From the NCBI GenBank assembly GCA_965112735.1, contig OZ218953.1, forward strand, positions 1,302,001 through 1,366,000: a stretch of DNA of 64,000 nucleotides, in the 5' to 3' direction. The notes beneath the pieces are model-generated. The model was not told the origin of the DNA. It did no database searches and saw nothing but the letters and a program-made list of their open reading frames with translations. Made by a program: the position numbers and the translations under genes. Below, in pieces: positions 60,348-64,000 of this stretch (positions are counted from its first letter, which is position 1; every line of letters begins with the position of its first letter). The stretch comes from Phaeosaccion multiseriatum. Its lineage: Eukaryota > Protista > Ochrophyta, other classes.

Positions 60348-63300
60348 ATGAGAATTGCTGAGTCATTTTTGGTTTTTCTTGCGCTCGCGCCATTCACAGC
60401 GTCGCTGGTCATCAACAGCACACCCATCAGCGGGAACGGGTGCCGCAGTAGTTTCGGCCCTCGCGTTTCCTTGGGGATTGGGAAGCTCCAGCAGGCATGG
60501 GGTGGCAAGAAGTATGGCAGGCTTGGTGAGGAAGAGAGGCAGGGTGGGCAGCTCGGCTGCCCGGGGCTTCGACACATTGAGCAGAAACAGCAGTAGAAGT
60601 ATTAGCAGTGACGAGGGAAGCGAATCAGTACGTAGATCCGTAGCGCCTTTGTCTGCCCTTCCTCTCCCTGGTTTGGGGGGCTTAGCCACGACGATTGGAA
60701 GCAACACAAGCGCTTAGCCGTGACCTTCGGCGAGTAGTGAGCTTCAGGAATTTCGTTTCGTTGGGGGTGAAGCTTTTTGGCTGCTCTCACTGCATATATA
60801 ACACCTCCTGTTCTCCTTTCCTTGCTCGCTCGTGCTCTACCCACAGTCATTTTCTTTCACGAGTGTGGTCATTTCTTCGCTGCTCCGCTGCAGGGAATCA
60901 AAGTAGAAGGGTTCGGGGTTTGGCCCTGCCATCTTCGAGAGGGGGCCAGGAGCGGGCGACGACGCCGCAGCCGCCTTAGCAGCAGCGGAGGAGGCCAAAG
61001 CCAAGGAGGAAGAGGCGAGGAAGGCACAGGCCAAACGCAGAGGATGGGCAGGCGCATTGTTCACATCCATCTCTCAGTCAAGGGCATCAAAGGAGGAGGT
61101 TCCTGCACCAGTGACAGCAACCGCATTAGCGGTAACAACAACAACAACAACAGCAGCAGGTACGAGGCCGCTGTGGGCTCCTCTCTCTATCTTTCTCTCT
61201 CTCCAGTGCCTCTTCCAACACTTCTGTACGACTGTCCACTTCACACTTCCCACTTCCCACTCCCGTATCAAACACCGAAAAGAACGACTGCTCTGCTTGT
61301 CCTGCGGGAGCTAGCACTGACATTTCATCTCAACTGCAGCCCCTATACCCTCTGTGTGCTGATGTCTGTTGGTGCATCCTTGCTGAACGCAGGGGGACAG
61401 AGGCTGGGGAGCAGAATCGCTTCCTTGGGAGAGGGAGTCACGCGCAGTCTAAGGGCCATCCCCTTGGGCGGTTACGTGTCTTTCCCGCCCAACTTTCTGC
61501 CCACGGGGGAGAATGGAGAACCTGGGGAAGAGCTCACGGACCCTGACTTGCTGCAGAACCGGTCCATCGCTCAGCGAGCTGCAGTGATTGGGGCGGGGGT
61601 AGTGGCCAATCTAGTGCTCGCCTTCCTCTTGTTCAGCTGGACGATCCAGACCAACGGCTTGACTAAGCCCGAGTTTCAACCAGGGGTGAAGCTGACACAT
61701 ATCATGGACCGCTCGGGAGGCGCTGCCATGGCGGGGCTGCAGGAAGGGGACGTGTTTCTGGCCGCCGTGGACGGAGTGAAGCTTGAGAAAGGTGGGTGGA
61801 TGGGTGGGGTTATGGGTGCCGTGAGGAGCAAGGGAGCGAGGGGAAGAGGGTCGTGAGGGAGGCAAGGAGGGAGGCTGGGAGGCAGGCAGGGAGGGAGGGA
61901 GGGAGGGGAAGAAGGAAGGCAGACATGTAGGTAGAAAGGGAGACGGGCTCTATCTCACAGAGGCACATGATAGGCGCCTGGGTAAAAAGACGAGAGAGGG
62001 CGAGAGAGCGGTCTATCAAGCATCACCACAGCATACTTCATGTTGCCCTCCGGAGTGCTCCTCTTTCACCCCGCACCCCCGCCCCGTGTCGGTGCATTCA
62101 TCCGCCTCTGTAGCCTCTCACCCTCCCGAATGATCTTGTGCTCTGTCTCTATCTATCTCGCTCTATCTATCTATCTCTCTGCTCATATCTCTTTCCTTCC
62201 CCTCTCTCCATCTCTCTGCAGGTTGTGACTCCTTGGAGTACGCTGTCACCTCAATTTGAGGCTCGAACGGTTCCCCCGTCAAGGTCGACGTCTTGAGAGC
62301 TGGCACCAAATCCACAAAGGTGCACGCATGTGCATGCATACACGCACTGAGCTCCACACTCCTCCGCCTTGTCCTTTCTCTGCCTATCGAAACCTTGTCC
62401 TGTCTTTGCCTTTCTCTGCATCTTGCAGGTGTCTTGACTGTCCCTTGCTTGCCTTTTCCCACGTCTGTGTATGTCGGTGTCTCCCGTCCGTGCTCAGCCT
62501 CTTTCTCATATCAAAGCGTGAAGCCTCTACGGATCTGTCTGTGCGGCCGCCTCGGGTTCCCCTTCCTTCCTCCCTCCCTCCCTCCCTCCCTCCCTCACTC
62601 ACTTACTCACTCCCTTTGTCTCTCCGAACTTGAAACCAGTCTGCATCACACATACCTCCCTCCATCAATTTGCGGAGACCCTCAGACCCTCAGACACAGA
62701 CCCTCCCTCCCCTCCCTCGCCCGCCCTCCACCCCCTCTCTCCCTCTCTCTTTCCCTAGCCTTTGCGTTTCTGATAAGTAAGGTGGTGCAGCTGAAGAAGC
62801 TGGAGAGCAACCCCAGCTACTACAGCATGGGTGTGCAGCTGTCCGCCAACATGCATGGCGTGAAGCGTGTCATCCCCTCCAGCCCCGTTGAGACCGTTCA
62901 GTTGGCAGCGGCAGAGACTTCTACGGTCATCAGAGACACCACCAGGGGGCTCTCACAGGTGGGGTGGGCGGCCATGGTGTGGTGTGTTTTGCTTCCCCTT
63001 CAAATCAGTTCATGTCCTTTCCTTCTCCATCCAATAGCGCTCCGACCCCCCCCCCCCCCTGAATCGATGTATCTATCGATCCATGATGCCACACGCTGAT
63101 CATTTTGTGTGGGTGTGGTCAAAGAATGGTGGGGGTGTGGTCCCACGATTGTATTTCCGGTGCCTTACGATACCTGCCTCCTCGCCGCCGCTCCATCCCT
63201 CCCTCCCTCCCTCCCTCCCTCCCTCCCTCCCTGCTTCTCACGCAGCTTCTCAGAGGCTCCGGCGGTCTCGGACAAGTGCAAGGCCCTGTGGGCGTAGTGA

Positions 63301-63745
63301 AGACAGGAGGAGAAATGGCGAGGGATGGAGGCGCTCGGTCGCTGCTGCCCTTTGCGGCCGTCATCTCCATCAACTTGGCCGTGGTCAATGCACTGCCCTT
63401 CCCTGGGCTGGATGGGGGGCAAATGGCCTTCCTGCTACTCGAGCTCGTGCAGGTACGCGCGCGTGTGTGTGGGTGGGTGTGTGCCTGTGCGCGTGCGTGT
63501 GGGTGTGGGTGTGAGTGGGTGGATCGGTGGGTGGGCGGGTCGGTGGGTGAGCGTGTGTGTTCGGAGGAGTTGTCAGGTAAAGGCAGAGAGGTCATCGGTC
63601 GCTTGACATATTGCTGATTTGGCAGGGCGCAGCTCTCTTGATCGCGGAGTGGCGGCCACAATTAACGGCGTGGCCTTCCTGCTGCTGCTTGCCCTGGGCA
63701 TATATATTATATATATATAGTGGTGACATTCTGCTCCAAAAATAA
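60348..63745 (+). pseudogene. Disrupted plastid RseP/AraSP-like M50 intramembrane metalloprotease
   Basis: Motifs IFFHECGH, FGPAIF, SLRAIPLGGYV, QRAAVIGAGVVANL, a PDZ-like segment, GPVGVV and INLAVVNALPFPGLDGG are all present. They are broken by frameshifts (presequence, ~60712, ~60918, ~63630, ~63710) and an in-frame TGA at 62257-62259. Confidence 0.8.
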
Positions 63746-64000
63746 ATCCATCTTGTCAGTAGTAAAACAAACAAAAAGCCCTTGAAGGGTATCGCATAAA
63801 CTACACGTCCCGAACTCACGTTACCTTACGGGGGACAGCAATGTGGTGGGGGGGGGGGTGGAGGGAGAGGATCTCGCCACGGACACACACACAGAGACAC
63901 ACATATACACACACACACACACAGACACACACAAAAGAGAGAAAGAGGGCTTGCAGCAACCGAGGTGAGGGTGCCTCGGTCGATGTTGAGTTGAGACAAG

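Noticed and set aside
62257-62259. In-frame TGA as selenocysteine, readthrough or an alternative genetic code
   Set aside because: The position fits Arg (CGA>TGA), the same gene has several frameshifts, and TGA is a normal stop in other genes here.
1-64000. rRNA, tRNA, transposase/RT genes, non-canonical introns
   Set aside because: None recognised by eye, and all introns I traced are GT-AG. Small ncRNAs cannot be excluded without covariance-model searches.

Overview
This is nuclear DNA from a GC-rich, intron-rich, microsatellite-saturated eukaryote. It is most likely a flagellated photosynthetic stramenopile (ochrophyte): a CFAP57 gene is present and bipartite plastid presequences end in an ASAF-type motif. 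Most ORFs in the supplied track are artefacts of simple repeats. Splicing by hand at GT-AG sites gives 13 apparently intact genes and one pseudogene. In order: importin-7/8-like (-, truncated at the left edge), CFAP57 (+, 22 exons), a ~2400-aa RING-like/LRR protein (-), a plastid DUF760 protein (+), NADPH-cytochrome P450 reductase (-), COG1 with an EF-hand (+), a small DUF6787-like membrane protein (+), a TSTD2/TrhO-type rhodanese (-), eIF2D (+), two adjacent single-pass membrane proteins sharing a chromo-like C-terminal domain (+), a plant-type plastid heme oxygenase (-), and a disrupted RseP/M50 protease (+). The main candidates for novelty are four. (1) A torsin-activator (LAP1/LULL1)-like luminal protein with reversed topology, plus a neighbour sharing its chromo-like domain; together they may form a nuclear-envelope/chromatin tether. 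(2) A 12-mer, GTTGGTGATACA, seen 8 times, always on the sense strand, often as a frame-preserving interruption of coding CAG runs. (3) Introns with G-rich 5' halves and complementary C-rich 3' halves. (4) A MITE-like element with a 39-bp perfect palindrome inserted in its terminal repeat. All family assignments come from recalled motifs, not database searches, and exon boundaries may be off by a few nt.
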